Shown here: positions 1 through 8,519 of the stretch, piece after piece
Layout: the number at the start of each line of letters is the position of its first letter
Numbering within the stretch: the first letter of the stretch is position 1
NCBI GenBank assembly: GCA_039190745.1
Contig: JBCCXZ010000035.1
Location: 1-40,461 of the forward strand
Reading direction: 5' to 3'
From: Planctomycetota bacterium
GTDB taxonomy: Bacteria; Planctomycetota; Planctomycetia; Pirellulales; Lacipirellulaceae
DNA: 40,461 nucleotides
Made by a program: the position numbers and the translations under genes
The notes under the pieces: generated by a model
Database searches by the model: none
Told to the model about the DNA's origin: nothing
What the model saw: the letters and a program-made list of their open reading frames with translations, nothing else

Positions 1-2
1 AC

Positions 3-1355
3 GGCGTGATCGTGCAGTTCGGCGGGCAGACGCCGCTGAACCTCGCCCGGGCGCTGGCCACCGCGGGCGTGCCGATCATCGGCACCAGCGTCGACGCCAT
101 CGAGGGCGCCGAAGACCGCGAGAAGTTCCAGGCGCTGCTCGAACGGCTCGGCCTCAAGCAGCCCGCCAACGGCATCGCCCGCACGATGGACCAAGCCCGC
201 CGGGTCGCCGAGGAGATCGGCTACCCGCTCTTGGTGCGGCCGAGCTTTGTGCTTGGCGGCCGGGCGATGGAGATCTGCTACGACAAGAAGCAGATGGAGA
301 AGTTCGTCGCCGAGGCGTTCGTCGCGGCCCAGGGGCAGCCGGTGCTGATCGACCGGTTCCTGGAGGGGGCGACCGAGGTCGACGTCGACTGCATCGGCGA
401 CGGCACCGACGTGATCGTGCCCGGCATCATGGAGCACATCGAGGAGGCGGGCGTCCACTCGGGCGACTCGGCCTGCGCGATCCCGCCCCACAACCTGCCC
501 GAGTCGGTGGTGGCCGAAATCCGTGAGTCAGCCATCGCGATGTCCCGCGAGCTAAACGTCGTCGGCCTGATGAACGTGCAGTTCGCCGTAAAGTGGGAGG
601 ACGGCGAACACGGCAGCTCCACCCCGGCGGTCTACGTGATCGAAGCCAACCCGCGGGCGAGCCGCACGGTGCCGTTCGTGGCGAAGGCGACCGGCATGCC
701 GGTGGCCAAGATCGCGGCGAAGGTGATGGCCGGCGTGTCGCTCGCCGAGCAGGGCGTCACGGCCGACCCGGTCCCGGCGCACGTTTCGGTGAAAGAGAGC
801 GTCTTCCCGTTCATCAAGTTCGTGGGCGTCGACATCGTGCTCGGCCCCGAGATGCGGTCCACCGGCGAGGTGATGGGCTCGGCGCGGCGGTTCAGCGTGG
901 CGTTCGCTAAGAGCCAGCTCGCCGCGGGCACGGTGCTGCCGACCGAGGGCAGTATCTTCGTCAGTGTGGCCGACAAGGCAAAAGGCCCTGTGGTCGAGCT
1001 CGCCCAGAAGCTGCACGGCATGGGCTTCACGCTGCTCTCCACCTCCGGGACGGCCAAAGCGCTCGCCGACGCGGGCATCCCGACCAAGAGCGTCAAGAAA
1101 ATCCGCGAGGGGCACCCCAACCTGCTCGACCACCTAGCCGACGGCGACGTCGCGTTGGTGCTCAACAAACCCGGCGGCAAGGGCGCCCGCACCGACGAGG
1201 GCCGCATCCGCGCCGCCGCGGTGCAAGCGGGCGTGCCCTGCCTGACGACCATCGAGGCCGCGACCGCCGCGGTGAACGCGATGGAAGCCTTGCGCGACGA
1301 GCCGATGCAGGTCGAGGCTTTGCAAGACCGCTTCGCAGCCGCGTCGGCCAGTTAA
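3..1355 (+). CDS. carB: carbamoyl-phosphate synthase large subunit, 3' part (5' end outside window)
   Basis: VIVQFGGQTPL, RPSFVLGGRAM, HIEEAGVHSGDS, EANPRASRTVPF, LGPEMRSTGEVMG motifs and C-terminal MGS domain. Confidence 0.97.
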   Translation, partial: GVIVQFGGQTPLNLARALATAGVPIIGTSVDAIEGAEDREKFQALLERLGLKQPANGIARTMDQARRVAEEIGYPLLVRPSFVLGGRAMEICYDKKQMEKFVAEAFVAAQGQPVLIDRFLEGATEVDVDCIGDGTDVIVPGIMEHIEEAGVHSGDSACAIPPHNLPESVVAEIRESAIAMSRELNVVGLMNVQFAVKWEDGEHGSSTPAVYVIEANPRASRTVPFVAKATGMPVAKIAAKVMAGVSLAEQGVTADPVPAHVSVKESVFPFIKFVGVDIVLGPEMRSTGEVMGSARRFSVAFAKSQLAAGTVLPTEGSIFVSVADKAKGPVVELAQKLHGMGFTLLSTSGTAKALADAGIPTKSVKKIREGHPNLLDHLADGDVALVLNKPGGKGARTDEGRIRAAAVQAGVPCLTTIEAATAAVNAMEALRDEPMQVEALQDRFAAASAS

Positions 1356-1416
1356 GCTCGGCGGTCGTGCTGCGGTGCGCGTAGTGGCGGCCTTTCTCAC
1401 TCATGGCCCGTAGCCG

Positions 1417-2835
1417 ATGCGCCACCACAAAATACGACGCTGGTTCACCTTCTCCGGCACGGTCGGCCGCGGCGAGTATTTCCAGACCGGCTTGCTGTTG
1501 ATGGTGCTGAAGTACGCCGTCGAGGCGTCGGTCATCGGCATGTATTCGGAGAAGCCGTACACGCCTATCGACGCGCTCAACCCGCTGATCAGCGTGCGGG
1601 CCGAATTCACGGAGGGAGCCCCCGGGTGGGTGCCTATCGCGTGGATTCTGTGGACGCTGCCCTTCGTCTGGATCGCGGTCACGATGAGCCTCCGCCGGTG
1701 CATCGACGCGGGCGTCTCGCCCTGGTGGTCGCTGTCGATCCTGACTCCGCTAGCGAATTACGTCGCGATGATCCTGCTGTCGGTTGTCCCTTCGCGAAAG
1801 CGGGTCGAAGCAGAGGACGCCGAAGCGGCTCGACTCGAGATCACCACCCCGTTTGCCCACGGACGCAAACCCACCTCCGCGCGCCGCCCCCGCGGCGGGC
1901 TGGAGTCGGCGCTTGTCGGATGGCTTTCTGGCATTGGGTTCGCGATCGCCTCGGTGGCGTTCAGCACCTTACTACTCGAAAGCTACGGCGCCGCCCTCTT
2001 CTTTGGCTCACCGGTAGTTGCCGGAACCGTCTTCGGTTACGTCTACAACCGCGACGAACGGAGGACGCTCTTTTCTACGTTTAGTAATGGGCTGCTGCTC
2101 GTGCTGCTCATCTCGCTTCTCTTCTTAGTGTTTGCCCTCGAGGGCCTGATCTGCATCGTGATGGCGCTGCCCATCATGGCGCCGATGGTGCTCTTTGGCT
2201 CGGTAATCGGTTGGGAAATCGCGCGCTGGCGCACCGGAAGCGCGACGGTCAACGACCGCGGCATGGTCGGCTGCTTGATCGCGCTGCCGATGCTGATGAC
2301 CGCCGAGACCGCCCTGCCCGAGGGGCCGCTGTACCGCGCGACGACTGAGGTGATCATCGACGCGGCGCCCGAAGAGGTGTGGGACGTGGTCGTCGCGTTC
2401 CCCGAGATCACCGCCGACCCCGACTGGTTCTTCCGCATGGGCATCGCCTTCCCGCAGCGGGCCCGCATCGTGGGCCGCGGCGTCGGTGCCGTGCGCTACT
2501 GCGAGTTCTCCACCGGCGCGTTCGTCGAGCCGATCACCGTGTGGGACGAGCCGCGGCGGTTGGCGTTCGACGTGACCGACCAGCCCGACCCGATGACCGA
2601 GCTCTCGCCGTACCGCCACCTGCACCCGCCGCACCTGGACGGCTCGTTCCGCAGCGAGCGCGGCGAGTTCCTGCTCGAAACGACAAGCGACGGCCGCACG
2701 CTGCTCCGCGGCACGACATGGTACCGGCTTGACCTGCACCCGCACGCCTACTGGACCGTGTGGACCGACTGGCTGCTGCACCGCATCCACGGCCGGGTGC
2801 TTGAGCACATCAAGGCCGTAGCCGAAGCGGTGTGA
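1417..2835 (+). CDS. multi-pass membrane protein, N-terminal DUF805-like region plus C-terminal SRPBCC/START-like domain
   Basis: FSGTVGRGEYF and SLRRCIDAGVSPW resemble DUF805; several TM helices; TEVIIDAAPEEVWDVV starts an SRPBCC-like domain. Confidence 0.7.
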   Translation: MRHHKIRRWFTFSGTVGRGEYFQTGLLLMVLKYAVEASVIGMYSEKPYTPIDALNPLISVRAEFTEGAPGWVPIAWILWTLPFVWIAVTMSLRRCIDAGVSPWWSLSILTPLANYVAMILLSVVPSRKRVEAEDAEAARLEITTPFAHGRKPTSARRPRGGLESALVGWLSGIGFAIASVAFSTLLLESYGAALFFGSPVVAGTVFGYVYNRDERRTLFSTFSNGLLLVLLISLLFLVFALEGLICIVMALPIMAPMVLFGSVIGWEIARWRTGSATVNDRGMVGCLIALPMLMTAETALPEGPLYRATTEVIIDAAPEEVWDVVVAFPEITADPDWFFRMGIAFPQRARIVGRGVGAVRYCEFSTGAFVEPITVWDEPRRLAFDVTDQPDPMTELSPYRHLHPPHLDGSFRSERGEFLLETTSDGRTLLRGTTWYRLDLHPHAYWTVWTDWLLHRIHGRVLEHIKAVAEAV

Positions 2836-2882
2836 AACCCCCACGAACGTGCGCTACTTTTCCGAGCGTGACGACCATCGGG

Positions 2883-2888
2883 TATAAT
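2883..2888 (+). promoter_or_regulatory. -10 box (TATAAT) of a probably leaderless Uma2 transcript
   Basis: Perfect TATAAT 7 nt before ATG 2896; no Shine-Dalgarno. Confidence 0.55.
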
Positions 2889-2895
2889 TGACGAC

Positions 2896-3507
2896 ATGAG
2901 CACGGCAACCTTCCCGTACGATCAGCTCCCCGGCCACGCCCCTACGGCGGAGGCGGGCCCCCGCCGCGCAGCCGACTACTGGCAGCTCCCGGAGGGCGAA
3001 CCCGTCGAGCTGATCCACGGTAGATTCATCATGTCGCCATCGCCGAACACGACGCATCAAATAGTCCTAGCCTGCTTGATGGGCGAGTTACTGCGGATCG
3101 CAAAAAGCAACGAGGCCTTGGTCCTCCCGGCACCGACCGATGTCGTGCTTTCTGATCACACCATTCTACAGCCGGACATTCTCTACATTAGCAAGCAGCG
3201 CAGAGGAATTGTTCACCAGCATGTCGAAGGGCCGCCCGACATAGTTGTCGAAATCGCTTCGCCTTCCACTTCGCGGCGGGATCGCCTCGACAAGCGGGTG
3301 CTCTACGCGGAGTATGGCGTGGCCGAGTACTGGATGGTCGACCTGGCCGGCAAATTCATCGAGTTCCTTCTGCTCGAAGACGGCCGTTACGTAGTGCAGA
3401 ACGTTGGGCTCGACCGCTACCAATCGCCGCGGCTGCCCGAGGTGACGATCGACCTCGCCGCGTTCTGGGCCGACGTCGAGAAGCTGCTGCCAAGCGATGG
3501 CGAGTGA
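2896..3507 (+). CDS. Uma2 family (PD-(D/E)XK) endonuclease
   Basis: ELIHG...MSPSPNTTHQ, LQPDI, PDIVVEIASPS, DKRVLYAEYGVAEYWMVD. Confidence 0.92.
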   Translation: MSTATFPYDQLPGHAPTAEAGPRRAADYWQLPEGEPVELIHGRFIMSPSPNTTHQIVLACLMGELLRIAKSNEALVLPAPTDVVLSDHTILQPDILYISKQRRGIVHQHVEGPPDIVVEIASPSTSRRDRLDKRVLYAEYGVAEYWMVDLAGKFIEFLLLEDGRYVVQNVGLDRYQSPRLPEVTIDLAAFWADVEKLLPSDGE

Positions 3508-4288
3508 CGCGCGCGTCGAGCTGCCGCCGCTGCGGCTGCACCACTTCTTCGCCGCCACGGCGGTGGCGGCCGTCACGCTCGCGGGCATGAAGATCGTCGC
3601 CAGCGACACGGCGTCGGGCCGGGTGTGGCTCTCGGGCGGGGTACCGGCGGTGTTCACGCTCCAGTCGCTGGCAATGCTGTTCGTGTTGTTTGGGTTTGCC
3701 TGGCGTAGACGCGGGCTTCGCTTCCCCAGTCAACCGGGGCACGGCGTGCTCCTGATGCTCACCGTATCGCACGTGTATACCGTGGCCGTGTTGATGACGG
3801 CCCAACTCATGCCCGATCTACTGTTCGGTCCAGGCGAGCCGGGTCCGCTGGCAGTACTCACGCGCATCGCCTTGGAATGGGCGTGGCCGGTAGTGTCGCT
3901 GTTTTCACTCTGTCTTTGTTTGTGGTGCGCCAAGACGCTCGCGGACGCGACGCGCTGGCGTGCGTTCTTTTGGTTCGCGGCATTAATGTCGGCGTTGGTG
4001 CTGCTGAGCAACCTGCTGATCGAGAAGTTCTTCACCAGCTACTTCTTTGCTTTGGGCAGCAGCACCGCCTACTGGATCTCGATGGGGGTCTACTACGGTA
4101 CACCGGCGTTGGAGGCCTGCCTGCTGGCTGTTGTGGCCGCGATAGACTACCGCCGCAGCGTCTCCCGCCACTGGTCGCATTGGCTCGGGGTCGTGCTAGC
4201 GATTGCCGCGGTGGCGACGAACACGGCGCAAATCCTCTGGCAAATCCTCTCGCCGGCTTGGAGCGCGTACCCGCCGCTGGCCAACTAG
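3497..4288 (+). CDS. hypothetical multi-pass membrane protein
   Basis: About 7 hydrophobic segments; overlaps Uma2 3' end by 11 nt (coupled). Confidence 0.7.
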   Translation: MASDARVELPPLRLHHFFAATAVAAVTLAGMKIVASDTASGRVWLSGGVPAVFTLQSLAMLFVLFGFAWRRRGLRFPSQPGHGVLLMLTVSHVYTVAVLMTAQLMPDLLFGPGEPGPLAVLTRIALEWAWPVVSLFSLCLCLWCAKTLADATRWRAFFWFAALMSALVLLSNLLIEKFFTSYFFALGSSTAYWISMGVYYGTPALEACLLAVVAAIDYRRSVSRHWSHWLGVVLAIAAVATNTAQILWQILSPAWSAYPPLAN

Positions 4289-4326
4289 CCTTCCACCGAC
4301 TCTGGGCCGTCCGTACTATCCGCCGC

Positions 4327-4767
4327 ATGATCCGATGGAACCCCAACAGCAACGTCGCCGATGTGCTCTCGCTCGGGCCCCGCACCGCGGGACGGCTTGC
4401 TTCTGTGGGTGTGCGCACCGCGGGCGACCTGCTCGCCGCGTCCCCCGATGCGATCGCCGCGCGGCTCCAGATGGACCCGGCCCTCGTCCGTCAGTGGAGG
4501 TGCGAAGCGGCGTTGATCCTCGAACTCCCCGGCCTCCCCGGCGATGCCGCCCGGCTGCTCGCCGCGATCGGCATCGCCTCGGGTGAGCAGCTGCAAGGCA
4601 CGACGCCGCTGGAGCTGATCGCCCGCATCGAAGCCGCTTGCCGGCAAGCCGAAACGCCGGACTGGCTCTCCTCGGCCGTGCTGCCCTCGCCGGAAGAGGC
4701 CGCGTCGTGGATTACCTGCTTGGACGGACGCGCCCCCGAAAAAAACCTCCCGCCGTTGGCGGCGTGA
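4327..4767 (+). CDS. DUF4332-like helix-hairpin-helix protein
   Basis: LGPRTAGRLASVGVRTAGDLL, WRCEAALILELPGL, PSPEEAASWI; start set at ATG 4327 (TACTAT 7 nt upstream) rather than the 3877 extension that overlaps the previous gene. Confidence 0.75.
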   Translation: MIRWNPNSNVADVLSLGPRTAGRLASVGVRTAGDLLAASPDAIAARLQMDPALVRQWRCEAALILELPGLPGDAARLLAAIGIASGEQLQGTTPLELIARIEAACRQAETPDWLSSAVLPSPEEAASWITCLDGRAPEKNLPPLAA

Positions 4768-4889
4768 TGCTAGCGGACGACGCCCACATTTTCGGTGTTG
4801 CGAGAGGGCTCGACACAACCGTTAGCGGGACCTGAACAACCGACAACCAACGGCCGCAAAAACTTTTTTCAGCCCGCTCCGATCCGGCC

Positions 4890-4918
4890 TTGACCCTTAG
4901 AAATGGCTCCCCTATTCT
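4890..4918 (+). promoter_or_regulatory. sigma70-type promoter
   Basis: TTGACC (4890-4895) - 17 nt - TATTCT (4913-4918). Confidence 0.65.
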
Positions 4919-4924
4919 CCCGAC

Positions 4925-5320
4925 CCAACGAGGCGAGAGGGGTTCTACGAAACGCGGAGGCAAGGACGCCCACCGGCCGAAACCCATCGGACGCAGCGGC
5001 AATCAAGCCTTCTCTTTCACAGCCAGCGACACCGCCTCAGACCGAAACAAGGACCTTGTTTGCAGGATGCATTAGCAAGTCCGCGTGCTGGGTTGAACAA
5101 CCAGCGACAGCCCTCCTGAAGGACTGATGCCGCTAGTTCAAACCAACAGCGGTTGGTGTTGGCACGGAAGCCTCCCGCCGCTGCGATACACTCCCGCCGA
5201 GCGGGCCCGACACACCCGCAGAGCCGCCTGTCGCAGGCGTAAAACCGCGTCCAATCGCTCCCGGAAAGGTTTCAACGTCCTTTGCCCCCCTGGGACGTCG
5301 GCTTTTCTGGGAGCTTTTTT
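4925..5320 (+). ncRNA. putative structured non-coding RNA (~395 nt), possibly CsrA/RsmA-binding
   Basis: Bounded by promoter and terminator, no credible ORF, many short hairpins, 9-bp long-range helix 4992-5000/5177-5185, GGA-loop hairpins. Confidence 0.55.
5257..5320 (+). terminator. intrinsic terminator
   Basis: GCTCCCGGAAAG...ACGTCC / GGACGT...TTTTCTGGGAGC stem followed by T6. Confidence 0.75.
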
Positions 5321-5361
5321 ATGCGCGCTCGGCAAAGCTAGCTCTGCTGCAGCTTCGGTTG

Positions 5362-5522
5362 TTCACCGCAGAGGACGCGGAGAGCGCCGAGAAAGACGCT
5401 GAGCAGCGAATTAGTTCGGTGCCATGCCCCGTGTGGCAACGGTGATGGCCAGTGTCTTTGCATGCTCACGCAAGCGTGAGCATGGCACCCCCCCTCCTCT
5501 TCTCTCTTCCCTCTGCGGTGAA
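5362..5522. repeat. nested inverted-repeat (REP/MITE-like) element
   Basis: 13-bp perfect outer IR TTCACCGCAGAGG/CCTCTGCGGTGAA; inner 10-bp IR 5418-5427/5480-5489; 11-bp hairpin 5461-5484. Confidence 0.7.
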
Positions 5523-5588
5523 ATCCTCCGAGTAGCGCCGAAGTCCGGCCTCCCATTCAAGCCTCACCCCGCCGCCAACCGATCTCTC

Positions 5589-5617
5589 TTGGCATACCTC
5601 AAACCAATAGGTATCGT
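5589..5617 (+). promoter_or_regulatory. padR promoter with palindromic operator
   Basis: TTGGCA-N17-TATCGT overlapped by ATACCT-N9-AGGTAT (5594-5614). Confidence 0.6.
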
Positions 5618-5625
5618 CCGCCGCC

Positions 5626-5985
5626 ATGAGCAAGAAACGAACCAACCCCGACTTCGTAAACGGCGTGCCCGAGCTCGTCGTGCTCGACCTGCTGGCCAAG
5701 CGGCCGATGTACGGCTACGAGCTGGTGCAGGCCATCCGCGAGGCGAGCGGCGGCACGCTTGAGTTCGGTGAAGGCTGCGTCTACCCGCTCTTGCACAAGC
5801 TGGAGGAGCGGGGCCAGCTCGCGTCGCGGCGGATGGAGATCGGCGGGCGGAGCCGCGTCGTGTACCGCGTCACGGTCGGCGGGCGGAAGCGCTTCGCCGA
5901 GGCCGCCGCGCGGTGGAGAGAGGTCGTCGAGGGGGTCCAACAGGTGTTAGGAGGAAGCACAAGTGTCCCATCCCGAGCTGGTTGA
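5626..5985 (+). CDS. PadR family transcriptional regulator
   Basis: LDLLAKRPMYGYELVQAI, EGCVYPLLHKLEERG, RSRVVYRVT winged helix. Confidence 0.93.
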   Translation: MSKKRTNPDFVNGVPELVVLDLLAKRPMYGYELVQAIREASGGTLEFGEGCVYPLLHKLEERGQLASRRMEIGGRSRVVYRVTVGGRKRFAEAAARWREVVEGVQQVLGGSTSVPSRAG

Positions 5986-6682
5986 AAATGTTGCTGCGGG
6001 CCTGTCCCGACGCGGGCTGCCGTCTGAGTACGTCGAGCGGGTTCAGACGGAGCTGGCCGACCATTACGCCGACCTCGTCGAAGACTCCGTGGATGCCGCT
6101 GAAGCGGCCGAGCGGCTCGGCGACGAGCGGCGGCTGACCAAGCGTTTCGTGCGAGAATACCAGCGCCGCAGCTTCGCCGGGCGGTTCCCGCTGGTGACGT
6201 TCCTGCTGGGCACGCCGGCGGCGTTGATCCTCAGCTGGGTCGTTGTGATGCTAACCGTGCAGGTCGTGGTCGAGAACTTCCTCGGCGGAGCCGGCACTAC
6301 TGTAGATGGCCACCTGTCGTGGTTGGAGTGGGCCACCCTCCGAATCCAGGTAGGCATCTTCTTGATTGTGCTGCCGTCGCTCGTCGCCGTGTGGTTCACG
6401 CGGCAGGCGCGGCGATCGGGGCTCGGTTGGCAGTGGGCGGCGCTAACCTGTGTGCTGATGGCTTTCGCGGCCGGCTTCTTCCAGCTCAGGATTGATTACG
6501 ACCACTGCATGGCGTTTATCTCGACGCCCCAACTCGATTCCTCCTGGCTGCCGATGCCCGTCGAGTGGCTGAAGCATTACCTCACTACCCCCGCACAGCT
6601 GGTGCAGTGGTTGCCCCCGGTGCTGCTCGGCGCGCTCGCGTTTCGACAAGCGCGTGAGCAACCCACAGCCGCAACGTGCTAG
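5963..6682 (+). CDS. membrane protein partnered with PadR (HAAS/permease-prefix-like N-terminus)
   Basis: ELADHYADL...EAAERLGD N-terminal helix bundle then about 4 TM helices; overlaps padR. Confidence 0.7.
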   Translation: MSHPELVENVAAGLSRRGLPSEYVERVQTELADHYADLVEDSVDAAEAAERLGDERRLTKRFVREYQRRSFAGRFPLVTFLLGTPAALILSWVVVMLTVQVVVENFLGGAGTTVDGHLSWLEWATLRIQVGIFLIVLPSLVAVWFTRQARRSGLGWQWAALTCVLMAFAAGFFQLRIDYDHCMAFISTPQLDSSWLPMPVEWLKHYLTTPAQLVQWLPPVLLGALAFRQAREQPTAATC

Positions 6683-6713
6683 CACGCGCGGCGTAGTTTT
6701 CATGAAGGCCGCG

Positions 6714-6742
6714 TTGTGTGGGGTAGGCGGCGGGACTAGAAT
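6714..6742 (+). promoter_or_regulatory. putative promoter of the kdsD operon
   Basis: TTGTGT-N17-TAGAAT. Confidence 0.45.
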
Positions 6743-6791
6743 CGCCTGCCGCTAACCCCGCTCACCCGACCACGTCAAGGAAGACGGTCAG

Positions 6792-7886
6792 ATGCACGCC
6801 CAGGCAACCACGGCGCGCGCCCGGCGCACGCCCACCCCCTTCTCTGAAACCGAAGTCATCAACGGCGGCCGCGAGGTCATCCGCACCGAAGCGGAGGCGC
6901 TGCTCAAGCTCGTCGAGCGCCTCGACGCCGAGTTCTACCGCGGGGCCCACTTGCTGCACGATCTGGCCGGCAGCCTGATCGTCACCGGCATGGGCAAGGC
7001 CGGCATCGTCGGCCAGAAGCTCGCCGCCACGTTCGCCTCCACCGGTACCCGCGCCCACTTCATGCACCCCGCCGAGGCCTTCCACGGCGACCTCGGCCGC
7101 GTCCACCGCGGCGACATCGTGCTCGTGCTCTCGCACAGCGGCGAGACCGGCGAGGTAGTGCAGCTGCTGCCCGCGCTCCGCCGCATGGGCGTGCCCCTGA
7201 TGGCGATCACCGCTTCGCCAGAGAACACGCTCGGCCGCGTGGCCGACGTCACGATCTCGCTGGGCGACCTCAACGAAGCCTGCTCGTTGGGCTTGGCACC
7301 CAGCACCAGCACCACCGCGATGCTCGCCGTTGGCGACGCGCTCGCCCTGGTCGTCAGCCGCCTGAAGGGTTTCGAGGCGGAAGACTTCGCCAAGTTCCAC
7401 CCCGGTGGCTCGCTGGGGCTGAAGCTCAGCGCCGTCGAGGAACACATGCGGCCGATGGTCAACTGCCGCGTCGCCCGCGAAGACCAGACCATCCGCCAGG
7501 TGATGGTCGCCGCCACCCAACCCGGCCGACGCAGCGGGGCGATCATGCTCACCGACGCCGACGGCAAGCTCACCGGGGTGTTTACCGACAGCGACCTCGC
7601 CCGGCTGATCGAGGACCGGCAAGACGCGGCGCTCGACAGACCGATCCGCGAAGTGATGACCGCCGACCCGGTGTCGGTGCATCACGAATCGAAAATGAGC
7701 GGGGCCGTCGAGCAGCTCGTCGAGCGGAAGATCAGCGAGCTGCCGGTGGTGGATGACGACGGCTGCCCGGTCGGCATGATCGACGTCACCGACGTGGTCG
7801 GCCTGCTGCCCGATTCATCCGGCGAAGCCAAGCCGACCGGCGCCGCCCGCGTGCGGATCTACCCCGCCGACGAGTACGCCGACTGA
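6792..7886 (+). CDS. kdsD: arabinose-5-phosphate isomerase (KpsF/GutQ family, SIS + 2 CBS)
   Basis: VTGMGKAG, HPAEAFHGDLG, SHSGET, LAPSTSTTAML, FHPGGSLG. Confidence 0.93.
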   Translation: MHAQATTARARRTPTPFSETEVINGGREVIRTEAEALLKLVERLDAEFYRGAHLLHDLAGSLIVTGMGKAGIVGQKLAATFASTGTRAHFMHPAEAFHGDLGRVHRGDIVLVLSHSGETGEVVQLLPALRRMGVPLMAITASPENTLGRVADVTISLGDLNEACSLGLAPSTSTTAMLAVGDALALVVSRLKGFEAEDFAKFHPGGSLGLKLSAVEEHMRPMVNCRVAREDQTIRQVMVAATQPGRRSGAIMLTDADGKLTGVFTDSDLARLIEDRQDAALDRPIREVMTADPVSVHHESKMSGAVEQLVERKISELPVVDDDGCPVGMIDVTDVVGLLPDSSGEAKPTGAARVRIYPADEYAD

Positions 7887-7928
7887 GACGGTCTGCGACC
7901 TGACCCCCTCCGCCACCAAAGGCCCGCC

Positions 7929-8474
7929 ATGAGCACCGCTGAGGCGTGCACGCGGATCCAGCTGATCCTCTCGGACGTCGACGGCGTGCTCTCCGAGGGC
8001 CGGGTCGTGTTCGACTCCGCGGGTGTTGAGTCCAAAGCCTTCCACATCCGCGACGGCCTGGGCATCAAGCTCTGGCAGCGCGCCGGCGGGCGGTTCGGCA
8101 TCGTCACGGGCCGCGAGTCGCCGGTCGTCGCACGGCGGGCCGAAGAGTTGGGCGTCGACATCGTCCACCAGGGCGTCGGGGCCAAGCTGCCAGTGGTCGC
8201 CGCCGAAGCGGAGCGGCTCGGTCTCACGCTCGACGAGGTCTGCTACATCGGCGACGACCTGCCCGATCTGCCGCCCATCCTACGCGTCGGCCTCGGCGCG
8301 GCGGTTGCCGACGCCGCGTTCGAAGTGCGTGAGGCGGCCGGCTACGTGACCGACCTGCCCGGCGGCTGCGGGGCCGTCCGCGAGCTGATCGAGTACGTCC
8401 TCAAACAGAGCGGCCGGTGGGACGCCGTGCTGGCCGAGTACCTCGGCGTCGGCGAAGCGCAGGCCGTCGGCTAG
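7929..8474 (+). CDS. kdsC: KDO-8-phosphate phosphatase (HAD, KdsC family)
   Basis: DVDGVL, FHIRDGLGI, VTGRES, YIGDDLPD, GGCGAVRE; follows kdsD. Confidence 0.92.
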   Translation: MSTAEACTRIQLILSDVDGVLSEGRVVFDSAGVESKAFHIRDGLGIKLWQRAGGRFGIVTGRESPVVARRAEELGVDIVHQGVGAKLPVVAAEAERLGLTLDEVCYIGDDLPDLPPILRVGLGAAVADAAFEVREAAGYVTDLPGGCGAVRELIEYVLKQSGRWDAVLAEYLGVGEAQAVG

Positions 8475-8519
8475 CCAGTCGTCCAGACCAACAGACCCCC
8501 ACCACCCCCAAGGCACCGC

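Noticed and set aside
4925..5320. tmRNA, RNase P, SRP or cobalamin riboswitch identity for the RNA
   Set aside because: No tRNA-like ends or T-loop, no GAGGAAAGTCC, no SRP core, no B12 box
4903..5402. Short ORFs 4903-5127 and 5127-5402
   Set aside because: The first starts inside the promoter spacer, the second runs through the terminator; no RBS or typical codon bias
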